A stretch of DNA of 64,000 nucleotides, from contig JBNKUM010000048.1 of the NCBI GenBank assembly GCA_050298595.1, forward strand, positions 32,001 through 96,000, in the 5' to 3' direction. Every line of letters begins with the position of its first letter. The first letter of the stretch is position 1. The notes below the pieces were generated by a model. It saw only the letters and a list, made by a program, of their open reading frames with translations, was not told the origin of the DNA and ran no database searches. The translations under genes and the position numbers were made by a program. Positions 40,616-52,048 of this stretch are shown here, piece after piece. The DNA comes from Gammaproteobacteria bacterium (lineage in GTDB: Bacteria > Pseudomonadota > Gammaproteobacteria > GCA-001735895).

Positions 40616-43600
40616 TTACTGGTTTAACAATTTGCCGTAAGCCGAGTAGCTGGTTTTTAATTCTGGTTTTATTGCTACTGCATTGGCAAACAGGGTGGCA
40701 GCGGTTTTTACATCACCCTTGCGGTAATTCGCCATCGACAAATTGAGTAAGATTCCGCCATCCTTATCATCAAGTTTTACTGCTTTCTGGTAACTCTCAA
40801 TAGCTTTATCATATTTTTCGGACAATAGATAAAGATTGCCCAGGTTGCTATGCACGGCGCTATCATCCGGTGCCAGCTCAAGCAGGGCATCAAAGGCTAG
40901 CTGTGCATCATCGAACAATCCATATCGCGTATACAGTATGGCAATCTGTAAACGCGCTCTGATATCTTTAGGGTTATTAACTATCATGCTCTGGTAAGGC
41001 AGGATCACGCGATCGATGCTTTTATTGAGTAATTGATTTTGCGCAGTTTTGACCAGTGATGCAGTTCGTGCCTGTGGTGGTAAATCTATACTGTAATTTG
41101 CCTTGCTTAAGGTTACCGGCGGGTATTGCTGCCAGGCTTTTTTCAACTCGATTATGCCCAGCTTATTTTCAGATAGCGCTTTTTGATATTTGCGTGCTCC
41201 TTCTGCCCAGGCTTCATTAAAACTGGCACCGACCATAGTCGCTTCTACGGGTATCCAGACCTTGTCCTGGTTGATCGCCAGCAGGCTTCTATCACGGCTG
41301 ATGAGTCCTGCATCTTCAGCGTCTAATCCCGTATTAAACATCATCAATAAATGTCCCGGTACTTCCAGTAACACGGTTTCTATGCCCAGGTTTTCCAGAC
41401 CCGCACTGAGTAGTACCGATAGATCATCACAGTCACCACTTTTTAATTTAAGGGTCTCTCGTGGAAACTGCACATAATCAACCTGGTCTTCACGTAAGCT
41501 GCTGTACGGTGTATTGGGGTCTACGATATATCGGGTACCGATCGCGTTTATACTACTGAAGTAAGTCATAGCAGCTACCAGCTTGTCATTTAGTGGACCT
41601 GCTTTTGGCTGGTACTCGTTGATCACCGTTCTTACAAAGTTGCGCAGGGTGTCGTCTTTAGGTGTCACAAATGAACCGACCATCTGTGGATTGCCCCAGA
41701 CCATCGCATTTTTACCATAGATCGTCATCGGCTGAGTCAGGCGGATAGAATCCTTCTGTCCATCACGCGAAAAGATAAGCTTTACCTCAACCTGTACGCC
41801 GGTATCTTCATCCACTTCAAGAATTTTATTATTAAAGGTGACCCTGAAATCATACTGCTGGGTTTGTTTGCCTTTGATCAGTGGGATTTCCTGAGTCACC
41901 GGGAAGTCCATGTATTCCCTGATCTGAAACGAGAGTTGTAGATTGCCGTACTCGGTAGTACTTACATTTTTCAACGTAACTGAACCGATAGGTTTATTTG
42001 CATACTGTTTATAGGCGGCAGAAAATACGTGCTGTAAATTCAGGTCGCTTAACTGTAACTGCGGTGCATTGCTCTTGAACTCCATGGATTTTTTCTTCTC
42101 GGCAAAAGCGCTATTTAACATTGCTCGATTATTGTCCGAAGGGTCGAGTGATACCGCTTTCTCAAAAGACTGAATAGCTTCGTCGAATAATCGGCGTTTG
42201 GTAAATAACTGGCCCATGGCGACATGGGGATCTGCCCAGGATGGGTTGATGCCAGCAGCTTTCTCCAGATGCTCACGAGAGGCATCAAAAAGGTTGGCAT
42301 TCTGATATACACGGCCGAGTTGATATTGTAACTGCGGTGAAGCGGGTTCAATACTGATTGCCGTCTTCAGGAATTCGATAGCCGATCCGACCTTACCCTG
42401 CCTGTCGGCTATATCGGCCTGCAGCGTCAATACTTCGATATCTCTGGGGGCTATGCGCGCAGCTCTTTCTGCATAGGTAGCGGCAGTCCGGTAATTGCGT
42501 GAAGAAAACAGACTGCGAGCATAGAGTTTATTCGCCGCCAAAGACTGTTTGTTTAGTCTCACCGCTACATCCAGATATTCATTGGCCTCGGGAAAATGTT
42601 CCTGTTCAAGCTCCAGCCTGCCCGCCATCTCAAACAGTTGAAACGACTCTGGGTTAGCGCTCGCTCCCTTTTTCAGCGCGCTTACTGCCCGGGGTAACTG
42701 ATTCAATTCAACATAGGCTCCAGCCAGAGTCAGCCATGCATCAATATTTTTTGGTGTGATCTTGCTGGCACGGGTTAAACGTAATATCGCTTCAGTATAT
42801 TTTTGCTGCTTGACTGAAATCTTACCCAGTACATAGTAACCCTCACCCTGGGTTTTTTTCTGTGCAGATAATTTAACGGCTATGGCTTTTGCTTCATCAT
42901 CACGATTTAGTTTTAACAGTGCATTGGCCTTTCCTACGGCGGCTTTGCCACTGCCTGGTTCGGCCTTACTGACATAGCTATAGTGGGTCAGAGCCTCTTT
43001 ATATTGCTTTAACTGCATCAATTCATCAGCAATCAATAAGCGGGTAGTATTATCCTTCGGGTGATTTTTTATTACGGTCTGAAATTCAGGCAGAGCAGAG
43101 TCTGGAATGCCAGCGATCAGGTAGGCCTTACCCAGCAGGTACCTTAAACGGGCGTGTTGTGGATGTAGTGCCAGGCCATCTTCAGCACAGGTAACTGCGC
43201 CGATGGCATCATTAATCTGAATACTGAGCTGGGTACAGATGAGATAGGGGTCAGCCTCTTTTGGCTGCGTGGCAAGAACCTGGTCTATCAGGGCCTTGGC
43301 ATCCAGATATTGCTCCAGTTCAAAGTACGCCTGCACCTGTTTTCTGATGGCGATATTTTTATACTGTGGATACTTTTGAAGTTGTACAAAGCTGCTGATT
43401 GCGGCCTGTTGCTGGCCGGATGACAACTCGCTGTCTGCTTTTATCAGCAGGGTATCGGCGTTATCCGGGGCAGTTTTTAATAACTGCTCTGCCAGTGCAA
43501 TAGCCTTGTCGTATTGTTTGGCCTGATAGAGTTTATCCAGTTTGAAAAACTTGTTTTCCCTGGCTTTTGACGGTTTCGCCTTAAGCTCAAAACCACTCAC

Positions 43601-45577
43601 TGACACGATACGAAACCAGGGCAGATTACGGGTTTCTTTATGGCTCAATGTTTTGCTTACATCCGTACTACTGGCAATCTTCTCAAATGGGCCATCTTCA
43701 GTGGCCGCTGCCTGGATTTCATAAGATGCAATTAATGGGCTTTGAGTACTGTCCCACTGTAATGTGACCTGTGACTTATTAGCCGATACCTGCAGTCCAA
43801 AAGCGGCATCGGGGGGCTCCAGATAATCGAAACGGAATAGCTGCTTTAGTCCGGTATCGTTGATATATATACTATTTCTGTCAGTGGACGCGACAGACAT
43901 GGATTCGGCGTTATCGAAGAATGCAGGCGTACCATTTTCAGCACCTGAACCGAATTCGAGTACCTGCTGATGGTCCTGATAAACCCTGACGCTGAAATCA
44001 TTAATATCAGAGCTAAGTAGAGCATACAGACGGTCTTGCTGATCTATATCCAGCGCATAAATTTTTGTAGCCTTGTGTGATGAATCTTCGGTGTAGCCTA
44101 TGGAAGCTATAAGCTTAAGACTGGCATCGAACACACGGATCATTGGATGACTGCCCGCTTCCGCGACATACAGGTTTTGCTGACTATCTACTGCCAGTGG
44201 CCCGACAGTTTTAAAGGTCTCATCCAAACCACCCTTGATTTGCGCAATAAACTGGCCATCCTGAGCAAAAATCTGCACCCGGTTATTGCCCTTATCCGCA
44301 ACATAAACCTTATTGTGTGCCGTAAATACGTGTATCGGTTTATCAAATGCCCCCTCAGCAATGCCATAACGCCCAACGGAATAGATTTTTTTCCCTGCAT
44401 GGGTATAGGTATGCAGCACGTTTTTGGATAATACGGCTACCATTTGCGGCCCACTATGTAAGGTAGTGATGCTCTTCAGACCCTTGGCAAATTGACCAAC
44501 CTCCTTGCCCTGTGCTGAAAGAATGGTAATCGATTTGGCATCCGGTTTAATACACAGAGTTTGGTTATTGATAAAAGCATGTACCGAACGGCAGTTACTG
44601 GCAATCTTCTGGCCTAACTGGAGTAATCCGCTGTGAAGCGGTGTATTATATTTTTTTTGCTCCAGTTGATAGATTTCGACCTTTTTATTGACTTTATCCA
44701 GCACCGCCAACTGGCCCTGATTATTGACTGATAAACGGGCTATATTCCGGTACTGGCCACGTGACTGTCCCAGTGAGCCAAAACGGTTAAGTATCTTATC
44801 CTGCTGCCAGTCGTAGCTGAATATCTGTTTGCTATTATCATCTGCCAGATAGATCAATCCATTTAAATCGGCGGTCATTGCACTAAAATCGATACTGGAT
44901 CCCAACTGTTTGGCGATAGCTTTGGTATTCAGTTGTTTGATCAGGCGACCATCAGCCGCATAGATTCCCACTCGGTTCGCGTCACCAGATTCCAGCACAT
45001 AGATATTCTCATGCGCATCAAGCGCTATATGAGTCGGTCTGGAAAGATCGGTTTTCCTGCGATCATGATGGCCAAAATGCTGTAGAAAAAGCCCCTGATC
45101 ATTGAAAACAGAGATACGATGGTTATCCCGGTCAGCTATATAAATACGCTTATTGACAGAAACAACCAGGTCAACGGGGTCATCAATTTCACCCGCATCA
45201 TCACCAGATTTTGAAAACTGGAGCAATCTGCTGCTGGCATTGCTATCGGTAATCACGACACTATTACTGTCACGATCTGCTATCACCAGACGTCCATCGC
45301 TCATCTGGTCAATGCCTGACACATCGTCATCCTTGAGTATTGTAGGGGTCAGAGCTATTTTTTCAAAAGAATCACCCTGCTGTCTTAGCAGTACGCCATC
45401 TTCACTGGAAGTAAGCAGTACCTGACCTGAGTTATTCATTCTCAGCCCTTCTGCCTTTTTGATAAAATCCTGCATGGACTTATCATCCAGCATGTGCGTT
45501 ATAGTCTGCGCCTGTAGGAAAAACGTGCAGGTCACTAACACAAAGAACACGGAAAACCGAAACATGAGTGAACGCAT
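40616..45577 (-). CDS. Large secreted NHL-repeat / FN3 / TPR protein with a transglutaminase-like domain
   Basis: Signal peptide; NHL repeats (IYIADRDNHRISVF, VYVADKGNNRVQIF); FN3-like VTLQWD...YEI; many TPRs; DYVQFPRETL..KSGDCDDLS...PGH...WIPVEAT. Confidence 0.85.
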   Translation of the reverse strand: MRSLMFRFSVFFVLVTCTFFLQAQTITHMLDDKSMQDFIKKAEGLRMNNSGQVLLTSSEDGVLLRQQGDSFEKIALTPTILKDDDVSGIDQMSDGRLVIADRDSNSVVITDSNASSRLLQFSKSGDDAGEIDDPVDLVVSVNKRIYIADRDNHRISVFNDQGLFLQHFGHHDRRKTDLSRPTHIALDAHENIYVLESGDANRVGIYAADGRLIKQLNTKAIAKQLGSSIDFSAMTADLNGLIYLADDNSKQIFSYDWQQDKILNRFGSLGQSRGQYRNIARLSVNNQGQLAVLDKVNKKVEIYQLEQKKYNTPLHSGLLQLGQKIASNCRSVHAFINNQTLCIKPDAKSITILSAQGKEVGQFAKGLKSITTLHSGPQMVAVLSKNVLHTYTHAGKKIYSVGRYGIAEGAFDKPIHVFTAHNKVYVADKGNNRVQIFAQDGQFIAQIKGGLDETFKTVGPLAVDSQQNLYVAEAGSHPMIRVFDASLKLIASIGYTEDSSHKATKIYALDIDQQDRLYALLSSDINDFSVRVYQDHQQVLEFGSGAENGTPAFFDNAESMSVASTDRNSIYINDTGLKQLFRFDYLEPPDAAFGLQVSANKSQVTLQWDSTQSPLIASYEIQAAATEDGPFEKIASSTDVSKTLSHKETRNLPWFRIVSVSGFELKAKPSKARENKFFKLDKLYQAKQYDKAIALAEQLLKTAPDNADTLLIKADSELSSGQQQAAISSFVQLQKYPQYKNIAIRKQVQAYFELEQYLDAKALIDQVLATQPKEADPYLICTQLSIQINDAIGAVTCAEDGLALHPQHARLRYLLGKAYLIAGIPDSALPEFQTVIKNHPKDNTTRLLIADELMQLKQYKEALTHYSYVSKAEPGSGKAAVGKANALLKLNRDDEAKAIAVKLSAQKKTQGEGYYVLGKISVKQQKYTEAILRLTRASKITPKNIDAWLTLAGAYVELNQLPRAVSALKKGASANPESFQLFEMAGRLELEQEHFPEANEYLDVAVRLNKQSLAANKLYARSLFSSRNYRTAATYAERAARIAPRDIEVLTLQADIADRQGKVGSAIEFLKTAISIEPASPQLQYQLGRVYQNANLFDASREHLEKAAGINPSWADPHVAMGQLFTKRRLFDEAIQSFEKAVSLDPSDNNRAMLNSAFAEKKKSMEFKSNAPQLQLSDLNLQHVFSAAYKQYANKPIGSVTLKNVSTTEYGNLQLSFQIREYMDFPVTQEIPLIKGKQTQQYDFRVTFNNKILEVDEDTGVQVEVKLIFSRDGQKDSIRLTQPMTIYGKNAMVWGNPQMVGSFVTPKDDTLRNFVRTVINEYQPKAGPLNDKLVAAMTYFSSINAIGTRYIVDPNTPYSSLREDQVDYVQFPRETLKLKSGDCDDLSVLLSAGLENLGIETVLLEVPGHLLMMFNTGLDAEDAGLISRDRSLLAINQDKVWIPVEATMVGASFNEAWAEGARKYQKALSENKLGIIELKKAWQQYPPVTLSKANYSIDLPPQARTASLVKTAQNQLLNKSIDRVILPYQSMIVNNPKDIRARLQIAILYTRYGLFDDAQLAFDALLELAPDDSAVHSNLGNLYLLSEKYDKAIESYQKAVKLDDKDGGILLNLSMANYRKGDVKTAATLFANAVAIKPELKTSYSAYGKLLNQ

Positions 45578-46097
45578 TATCTATCTCCCCTGATATTTTT
45601 TTCTAATACGCACACACAAGCGTATACCAAAATCATGACATAATGAAAATTATAGCGTAATGCCCAGGTTTATTAGGAAATAATATTGTCAGGGCTTAAT
45701 CTACATAAAAGAATGGACAGATTTTCGGATAAGGAACCTGATTAACAATAGAGGTGCTGTGCAAGTAGCTGATAATTCCTTTTATTTTATCAACCTAAAC
45801 AAATTAGTAGAGCCTGCCGAATATTAAAACTAGCACAGGATTTTTTTGATTGAAGGTTATCTGGAAGTTATGTCGGAGGCTTTGGAATTAAACCTGCCGA
45901 TATCCGCAGGCTTGCTGCCAGTAAGACATGTAAGTTCATTATAGGGACCTGCTTACGCCTATGCTTTGGTAAAGCTTTACGCCACACACTCGACTCTGAC
46001 CCAAATATATTTGATCGCTTAAGTATGATGAGTCAGGTAATATCCGGAGTCAGTGATGAAGCATCTAGAATGATCGAACTACCAGGATAATAAGCAA

Positions 46098-47261
46098 ATG
46101 ATAACTAACTCCGTAATACAAACCCTGGGGCGACGTCTACGCCTGGGTATTATTGGTGGTGGGCCCGGTTCATTTATCGGACATGTGCACCGTGCAGCAG
46201 CTCTGCTTGAAGGACAGTATGAAGTCGTAGCCGGAGTGTTCTCCTCAGATCCTCAGCGTTCTCTTGAAGCGGCCAGGAATCTGAGTATTAAGCGAGGTTA
46301 TGCCGAAGCTGAAGAAATGATAAAGACTGAAGCGGAGCTAACTGATGGCATTGACGTGCTGGCTATCATGACACCCAACAACAGTCACTACGCCCTGGCC
46401 TGCTCTGCGCTGGATCATGGCTTTCATGTTGTATGTGAAAAGCCTTTAACCAATACCGTGCCCGAAGCACTCGATCTGGTTGAGCGAGTCGCTAAAGCCA
46501 GACGCCAGTTTTGTGTCGCCTATGCCTATACTGGTTTTCCAATGATACGTCAGGCACGAGCGATGGTTGAAGCGGATGAAATCGGCGACATTCGTATGGT
46601 TCAATGTGAGTATATTCAGGGACATTTAGCAAAGTTAACTGAGGCAGAACAAATAGGTGAAAACTGGCATACAAATCCAGATATCTCGGGGCCGTCACTG
46701 ATCCTTGGTGATATAGCCACGCATAGTTATCACCTGGCCGCATTTGTCACCCAAATGCTACCTACAGAACTGAGTGCAGAGGTAACCAGCATTGTGCCCG
46801 GACGAGAATCACACGATTACTCTGCAATTCTCACACGCTACGAAAACAATGCGCGTGGCATATTCTGGGTTACTCAGGCGGCAGCTGGCGGCGTGCATGG
46901 TTTACATCTGCGTATTTTCGGTAGCAAGGGTGGACTCGAATGGCATCAGGAGCAGCCTAATCAGTTGATTGTTAGAAAACTGGATGCTCCCGCCTGTACG
47001 CTGGAAAAAGGCGGACCCGGTCTGCATGAGGCAGCTAAGCGTGTAAGCCGAATTGCCATTGGACACCCCGAAGGTTATCAGGAAGCTTTTGCCAGTCTGT
47101 ATAGCGATCTGGCTGAAGCGATTGTTGCCCAGGCCACAAATACTGCGCCGAATCCACTGGCCCTATGGTTCCCGAGTGTGCAGGAAGGTGCACAAGGGGT
47201 TCAGTTTGTTAAGATGGCGTTAGAGTCTAGCAATCAAAATGGTGCCTGGGTCAAGCACTGA
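46098..47261 (+). CDS. Gfo/Idh/MocA oxidoreductase
   Basis: GIIGGGPGSFIG, TPNNSHY, VCEKP, GDIATH, GHPEGY. Confidence 0.92.
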   Translation: MITNSVIQTLGRRLRLGIIGGGPGSFIGHVHRAAALLEGQYEVVAGVFSSDPQRSLEAARNLSIKRGYAEAEEMIKTEAELTDGIDVLAIMTPNNSHYALACSALDHGFHVVCEKPLTNTVPEALDLVERVAKARRQFCVAYAYTGFPMIRQARAMVEADEIGDIRMVQCEYIQGHLAKLTEAEQIGENWHTNPDISGPSLILGDIATHSYHLAAFVTQMLPTELSAEVTSIVPGRESHDYSAILTRYENNARGIFWVTQAAAGGVHGLHLRIFGSKGGLEWHQEQPNQLIVRKLDAPACTLEKGGPGLHEAAKRVSRIAIGHPEGYQEAFASLYSDLAEAIVAQATNTAPNPLALWFPSVQEGAQGVQFVKMALESSNQNGAWVKH

Positions 47262-47265
47262 GATT

Positions 47266-47414
47266 GTTAAACCCTGAATCCGCAGTTGGACGAGTTGTAC
47301 TGCGTTTGCGGTGGTGTAGATCAAGGCATGACAACGCGGAATAGCATGCTATTCCAGGGAGCTACAAAGCTGCCGCGTCCTGCTCACGCCCCTTACCTAT
47401 CATCAGGGTTCAAC
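47266..47414. mobile_element. ~150-bp MITE-like element
   Basis: Terminal IR GTTAAACCCTGA / TCAGGGTTCAAC (11/12); internal palindrome GGAATAGCATGCTATTCC. Confidence 0.5.
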
Positions 47415-47557
47415 GAAAGGAGCTGACGTATCTTGTCATAATTGGCCCTGCCATCAGTCTCTATTTTTCCTGTATCAGCCTTGATTTGTTCGATCTCGGC
47501 CTTCCAGTCGTCAATGCGCTTTTGCATGAGTTCCTGATTGTCTTCACGTACTGTCAT
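47393..47557 (-). pseudogene. Small coiled-coil stress-type protein truncated by the MITE (below the ORF-track cutoff)
   Basis: AAGGAG RBS; MTVREDNQELMQKRIDDWKAEIEQIKADTGKIETDGRANYDK..., with the last codons read from the MITE end. Confidence 0.55.
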
Positions 47558-47633
47558 GATATTGCTCCTTCAACAGGCTTAGTTTGGCTGTTAGTATGAG
47601 CCACCATAGATAAAGCAACCCGAAGCGCATGTC

Positions 47634-47649
47634 TGTACGCTATCGCACA
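47634..47649. promoter_or_regulatory. Palindromic operator, Crp/Fnr-like geometry
   Basis: TGTACG-CTAT-CGCACA about 77 bp upstream of the small coiled-coil gene. Confidence 0.45.
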
Positions 47650-47775
47650 TGGATATGCATAGCATCAAACTCCGTCTGCTCTCTGATTGCCTGTAATTCA
47701 GCGCAGGTTTTCGCTCTACGTAATTTTAAACCTAATAAGTAGTAAGTGTTTTTTATCATTGTAAGCACACACCCT

Positions 47776-48660
47776 TTAGCTCTGCCCCAGTGCTTCGAAA
47801 CCTGAAATCACATCAAACAGTTCCTCATCGATACCACTCTGGCGCAGGCGGTGGAAGGTTCGATTTAGATCTTCCTGTAATTCATTTATATTTTTTTCCG
47901 CGCGTTGCATGGCGGCGAGACGGCTGGCATTTTCACTGGCTAAAGATTCAGCGCAGGCGCGGAAAAGCGTGACAAAAAGATATTCACGCACTAGCGCGCG
48001 TAAGGTTCTTTCCCGGTTGCCCATCACCTGTGGCAGGTTTTCTGTTGGCCAGGGAATGTTGGCCAGATTATGTAGCCAGGTTTCATCCAGCGGCAGCAGT
48101 TGCTGACTTGCGGGACGATAAATCGATCCGCTCTGCGGGTGATTATGAAACAGGTAAACCTGTTCTATGAGCCCCTGTTCGCGCTGTGCTTCCATTTCGA
48201 TCAGAATCTGCCCTACCAGTGCTGCAATCGCATTAATCGAATTGGGCAGAGCAAAACCTCCCATTGTGTTCAGATCGGTTTCTGCAAGGCGCGACTGAAT
48301 ACGTGCACCCACCGCCCAGACCTTTTTTTTACCCGCTAGTTTTACCAGCGTATCTACAGCGTAGTCCACCATGATCTCATTAAACTGACCGACCAGGCCC
48401 TGATCAGAACCAAATACGATTGCGCCAATGGGTGTCTGCTTTTGCGGTTTTATTGGCGCGTTAACACCCAGTGATTTATCTTCCCGGAAGCATGCGGCGA
48501 CACCCAGTTGTACCGTTCGATAATAATCATCCAGTGAATGCACCGCTTTCTCGTACTGACCGATGCTGGATGCCGCCATCGCTTTCATTGTACGCACAAC
48601 GGATTCCAGCTCTTTTGCACTGGCAATCTGGTGACGCAGGCTGGCGACGCTATCGCTCAT
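47776..48660 (-). CDS. atpG: N-ATPase gamma subunit
   Basis: [48 protein letters not shown]. Confidence 0.95.
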   Translation of the reverse strand: MSDSVASLRHQIASAKELESVVRTMKAMAASSIGQYEKAVHSLDDYYRTVQLGVAACFREDKSLGVNAPIKPQKQTPIGAIVFGSDQGLVGQFNEIMVDYAVDTLVKLAGKKKVWAVGARIQSRLAETDLNTMGGFALPNSINAIAALVGQILIEMEAQREQGLIEQVYLFHNHPQSGSIYRPASQQLLPLDETWLHNLANIPWPTENLPQVMGNRERTLRALVREYLFVTLFRACAESLASENASRLAAMQRAEKNINELQEDLNRTFHRLRQSGIDEELFDVISGFEALGQS

Positions 48661-50198
48661 GATTTTTCTGTCGGCTCAGCTTGAAAACTGGTGAGTGCAT
48701 TGCTGGCAATTTTAATAATCGCAGCCCGATCCTCATCGCTCAGTTTTTTTGCGCTGTCAAATCGCTCGCACAGCGCCTGCGAAATATCTGCGGCTGCCTC
48801 ACGCACGGCCTGCTGCGCGGCTGTCATCTGTTCAAGTGGCACGTCGTCAAACAGATTGGCCGTCAGCGCCTGTAACACGGCAATCTGCTCTGCAGTGGAA
48901 AGCGGATCAAATTCCTGCTGTTTGAGACAGGCACGGATGCGTCGACCGTGTTCAAGAATTTTACGGGTATTATCATCCAGCCGGGCACCAAAGCGGGCAA
49001 AGGTTTCCATCTCTTCGAACTGGGCATAGGATAGTTTGAGATCGCCCGCCACAGCGCGGTAGGCGGCGCGTTGGGCCTTACCACCAACACGTGAAACCGA
49101 CTTACCCACGTCTACCGCAGGTAACACACCCAGTTCAAACAGCGATGGCGAGAGGTAAATTTGTCCATCAGTAATGGAAATCAGATTGGTCGGAATATAG
49201 GCGGAAATATCCTGCGCTTCGGTTTCGACTATCGGTAATGCCGTCATCGAACCCGCGCCGAGATCCTGGCTAAGATGTGTGGCGCGTTCCAGAAGGCGTG
49301 AATGTATATAGAAAATATCTCCGGGAAACGCTTCACGACCGGGTGGACGACGCAGCAATAAAGATAGCTCACGATAGGCCCGAGCATGATGTGTCAGGTC
49401 GTCATAAACAATCAGTACATCTCGCCCCTGCTGCATGAAGTATTCCGCAATGCTGGTCGCTGCATAAGGTGCCACATAAGCGAGGCCGGGAGGATCATTG
49501 CCTTCGGTAACCACCACTACGGTGTATTCCAGCGCACCCTGTTCGCGCAATGTAGCGATCACCTTAGCGACGCCCGAGGCGCGCTGACCGATGGCACAAT
49601 ACACACACAACACATTTTTATCACGCTGATTGAGTATAGTGTCGAGCGCGATGGCGGTCTTGCCGGTCTGCCGATCACCGAGAATTAATTCACGCTGACC
49701 GCGGCCTACCGGAATCAGTGCATCTATGACCTTGATACCGCTTTGCAGCGGTTCAGTGACCGGTTCACGATCCAGTATAGCGGGCGCAGGACGTTCAATC
49801 GGCAGGCGTTCACTGGCAACCACCCTGCCCTTGCCATCCAGCGGCTGACCCATGGGATTAATAATGCGTCCAAGCAATCCATCGCCCACCGGCACATCCA
49901 CCACGTGCCCGCTGCGTTCAACTTCATCGCCCGCATGTAAGTGCCAGTATTCACCCAGCAGTACCACACCGATTTCATCTTCATCAACATTAAAGGCAAT
50001 ACCATAAATATCGCCGGGGAATTTAATCACTTCCTCAAAACCGACACCGGGTAGACCGGACACCTTGGCAATGCCGGTAGCAATACTGGTAATACTGCCA
50101 ACCTCGCGTGGCTGCAAAGCCGGCACAAAAGATTCGCGCGCCTGGCTTATGCCAGAGAAGGCCGCATCGAATACATTATGCAGCGTGTCAGGCGCCAT
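48657..50198 (-). CDS. atpA: N-ATPase alpha subunit
   Basis: [40 protein letters not shown]. Confidence 0.97.
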   Translation of the reverse strand: MAPDTLHNVFDAAFSGISQARESFVPALQPREVGSITSIATGIAKVSGLPGVGFEEVIKFPGDIYGIAFNVDEDEIGVVLLGEYWHLHAGDEVERSGHVVDVPVGDGLLGRIINPMGQPLDGKGRVVASERLPIERPAPAILDREPVTEPLQSGIKVIDALIPVGRGQRELILGDRQTGKTAIALDTILNQRDKNVLCVYCAIGQRASGVAKVIATLREQGALEYTVVVVTEGNDPPGLAYVAPYAATSIAEYFMQQGRDVLIVYDDLTHHARAYRELSLLLRRPPGREAFPGDIFYIHSRLLERATHLSQDLGAGSMTALPIVETEAQDISAYIPTNLISITDGQIYLSPSLFELGVLPAVDVGKSVSRVGGKAQRAAYRAVAGDLKLSYAQFEEMETFARFGARLDDNTRKILEHGRRIRACLKQQEFDPLSTAEQIAVLQALTANLFDDVPLEQMTAAQQAVREAAADISQALCERFDSAKKLSDEDRAAIIKIASNALTSFQAEPTEKS

Positions 50199-51018
50199 CT
50201 GATTTTACATCCTGCGTCGAATTCGCTGCCTTATCCCTGGCTTGCGTACTTTCAGTTTGGGTATTCGCCTTCAGCAGAGCGTCGACACTGTTTGCCAGTG
50301 AGGTTAGATAATCAGCAATACTCCAGGCGATCTTGTGGCCACTGCAACTGAGTTCGATCCCACTCACCAGCTCTGGCACGATATCGAACTTGATGTGTTT
50401 ATCCTTACCCAGAATTTCCCCGATAAGCGTTTCAATATCGCTGCATTGTTGCGCTGGCAGTTCAAAGGCTGTGCGTATCAGCAGTGGATCGGACGATGTT
50501 TTAAATGCCGATTTCAACTCAAGCCTCTGCTTATCGTTCAACTCACGCAAACGATCAAGGAAGATCTCCGTCATGCGTTGTTCCAGGCTTGTTGCGGCAA
50601 GATCAGACAGTGCCTTGCGAGCAATCGCGAATACTTCTTCGCGTGCGCGGCGGCTAAGCTCTTCGTTCAGGCTAAGCTGTTCGTTTGTTAACGCCTGCTG
50701 CAACCTGGCGCGCAAATCCTCAGACTCCTGTCGTGCTGCATCCAGTAACTGCTCACGCTCTGTTTTGGCCGCTTGTAGCATCTCATTCATGTGTGCGTTG
50801 CGTTGCTGATCGAATTCCTCGTTTTTCTGCTGAAACGCATCGCGTTGTTTCTGCGCCTCGCTTTCTTTTGCCTCGGCATCGGCAATTTTTGTCGCTATGC
50901 GTTGTTCACGTGCGTCAATCGCATCGAGAATTGGCTGGTACAGAAATCGCTTAAGCAACCACACCAGAATGAGGAAGTTGATAACCTGCGCAACAACGGT
51001 AAACCAGTCGATCAACAT
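50188..51018 (-). CDS. atpF: N-ATPase b subunit (extended, delta-like C-terminus)
   Basis: [30 protein letters not shown], coiled coil, GIEL...KIAWS. Confidence 0.93.
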   Translation of the reverse strand: MLIDWFTVVAQVINFLILVWLLKRFLYQPILDAIDAREQRIATKIADAEAKESEAQKQRDAFQQKNEEFDQQRNAHMNEMLQAAKTEREQLLDAARQESEDLRARLQQALTNEQLSLNEELSRRAREEVFAIARKALSDLAATSLEQRMTEIFLDRLRELNDKQRLELKSAFKTSSDPLLIRTAFELPAQQCSDIETLIGEILGKDKHIKFDIVPELVSGIELSCSGHKIAWSIADYLTSLANSVDALLKANTQTESTQARDKAANSTQDVKSDGA

Positions 51019-51021
51019 GGT

Positions 51022-51303
51022 CTATTTTCCCACCGCCTGATCGATAACATAATTCCAGAATGGATTGGCAAAAATCAGGATCATCGAGACCACGAAGCAG
51101 TAAATTGCCGTGGACTCAATCATCGCCAGACCGACAAACAGCGTGCGGGTAATGGTGGCGGACGCATCGGGTTGCTGCGCGAGCGAGGTGAGCGCCGTTG
51201 CCACTGCCCTGCCTTCGCCCAGTGAAGGTCCGATAACCCCGATGGCAATAGTAATACCTGCGGTGAATATTGATACCATCGCAATAATAGTCAGGCTGTC
51301 CAT
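51022..51303 (-). CDS. atpE: N-ATPase c subunit, Na+-binding type
   Basis: GPSLGEG, AQQP loop, AMIESTAIY; start at 51303 after GGAG. Confidence 0.95.
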   Translation of the reverse strand: MDSLTIIAMVSIFTAGITIAIGVIGPSLGEGRAVATALTSLAQQPDASATITRTLFVGLAMIESTAIYCFVVSMILIFANPFWNYVIDQAVGK

Positions 51304-51334
51304 AATATCTCCGTTAAGTGTGGTAATTGATGTT

Positions 51335-52042
51335 TCAATGTGTGCTTTCCGATTCGTTGTTGTGTTCTGGTCTGTCTTCGCGCACTCTTGTGGCCGCAGC
51401 AATATAAACCGTGGCCAGAATGCTGAAGATGTACGCCTGCACCATACCAGTCAACAGACCCAGCGCACTCATCACGAGTGGAAAAAGATAGGGTGTGATG
51501 GTCAGCAAAATGGCGAGGATCATGGTGCCACTCATCATGTTGCCAAACAGACGTACAGCCAGCGCCAGGGTACGTGAGATCTCACTGATGATATTAAATG
51601 GCAACATGATCAGCGTCGGTTTCAGATAGCTGCTCAGGTATTCACCCACTCCGCTCGCTTCGATGCCAAACATTGGCACTGCCACAAACACGCAGATTGC
51701 CAGCGCGGTGGTGGTGGAGAGCGAACCGGTAGGTGGTTCATAGCCAGGTATAATCGTGAACAGGCTCGCCATGGCGACAAACAGAAACAGGGTACCGATA
51801 AAGCCGATATATTTATGCGGATTTTTCAGCCCCACCTCTTCGATTTGCTGATTAATGCCGGTGACGATAATCTCCATCAGATTCTGCCATCGCGAACGAT
51901 GATGATCTGTCGATAGATGCCGTGTAATGAGTTTTGAAGCGATGACGAGCACCAACATCAACCCCCAGGTGTAAACAATAGTGGCATTGAGTTTAAAAAA
52001 GCCTACCTGCCAGTAAATGATATTGTCGGGACTCAGGTTCAT
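51335..52042 (-). CDS. atpB: N-ATPase a subunit
   Basis: SRTLALAVRLFGNM, VQAYIF. Confidence 0.95.
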   Translation of the reverse strand: MNLSPDNIIYWQVGFFKLNATIVYTWGLMLVLVIASKLITRHLSTDHHRSRWQNLMEIIVTGINQQIEEVGLKNPHKYIGFIGTLFLFVAMASLFTIIPGYEPPTGSLSTTTALAICVFVAVPMFGIEASGVGEYLSSYLKPTLIMLPFNIISEISRTLALAVRLFGNMMSGTMILAILLTITPYLFPLVMSALGLLTGMVQAYIFSILATVYIAAATRVREDRPEHNNESESTH

Positions 52043-52048
52043 CAGCCA

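Noticed and set aside
45810-46060. Short repeats (CCTGCCGA twice, GACTCTGACCC) in the intergenic region
   Set aside because: Too short and irregular to call as an array or element.
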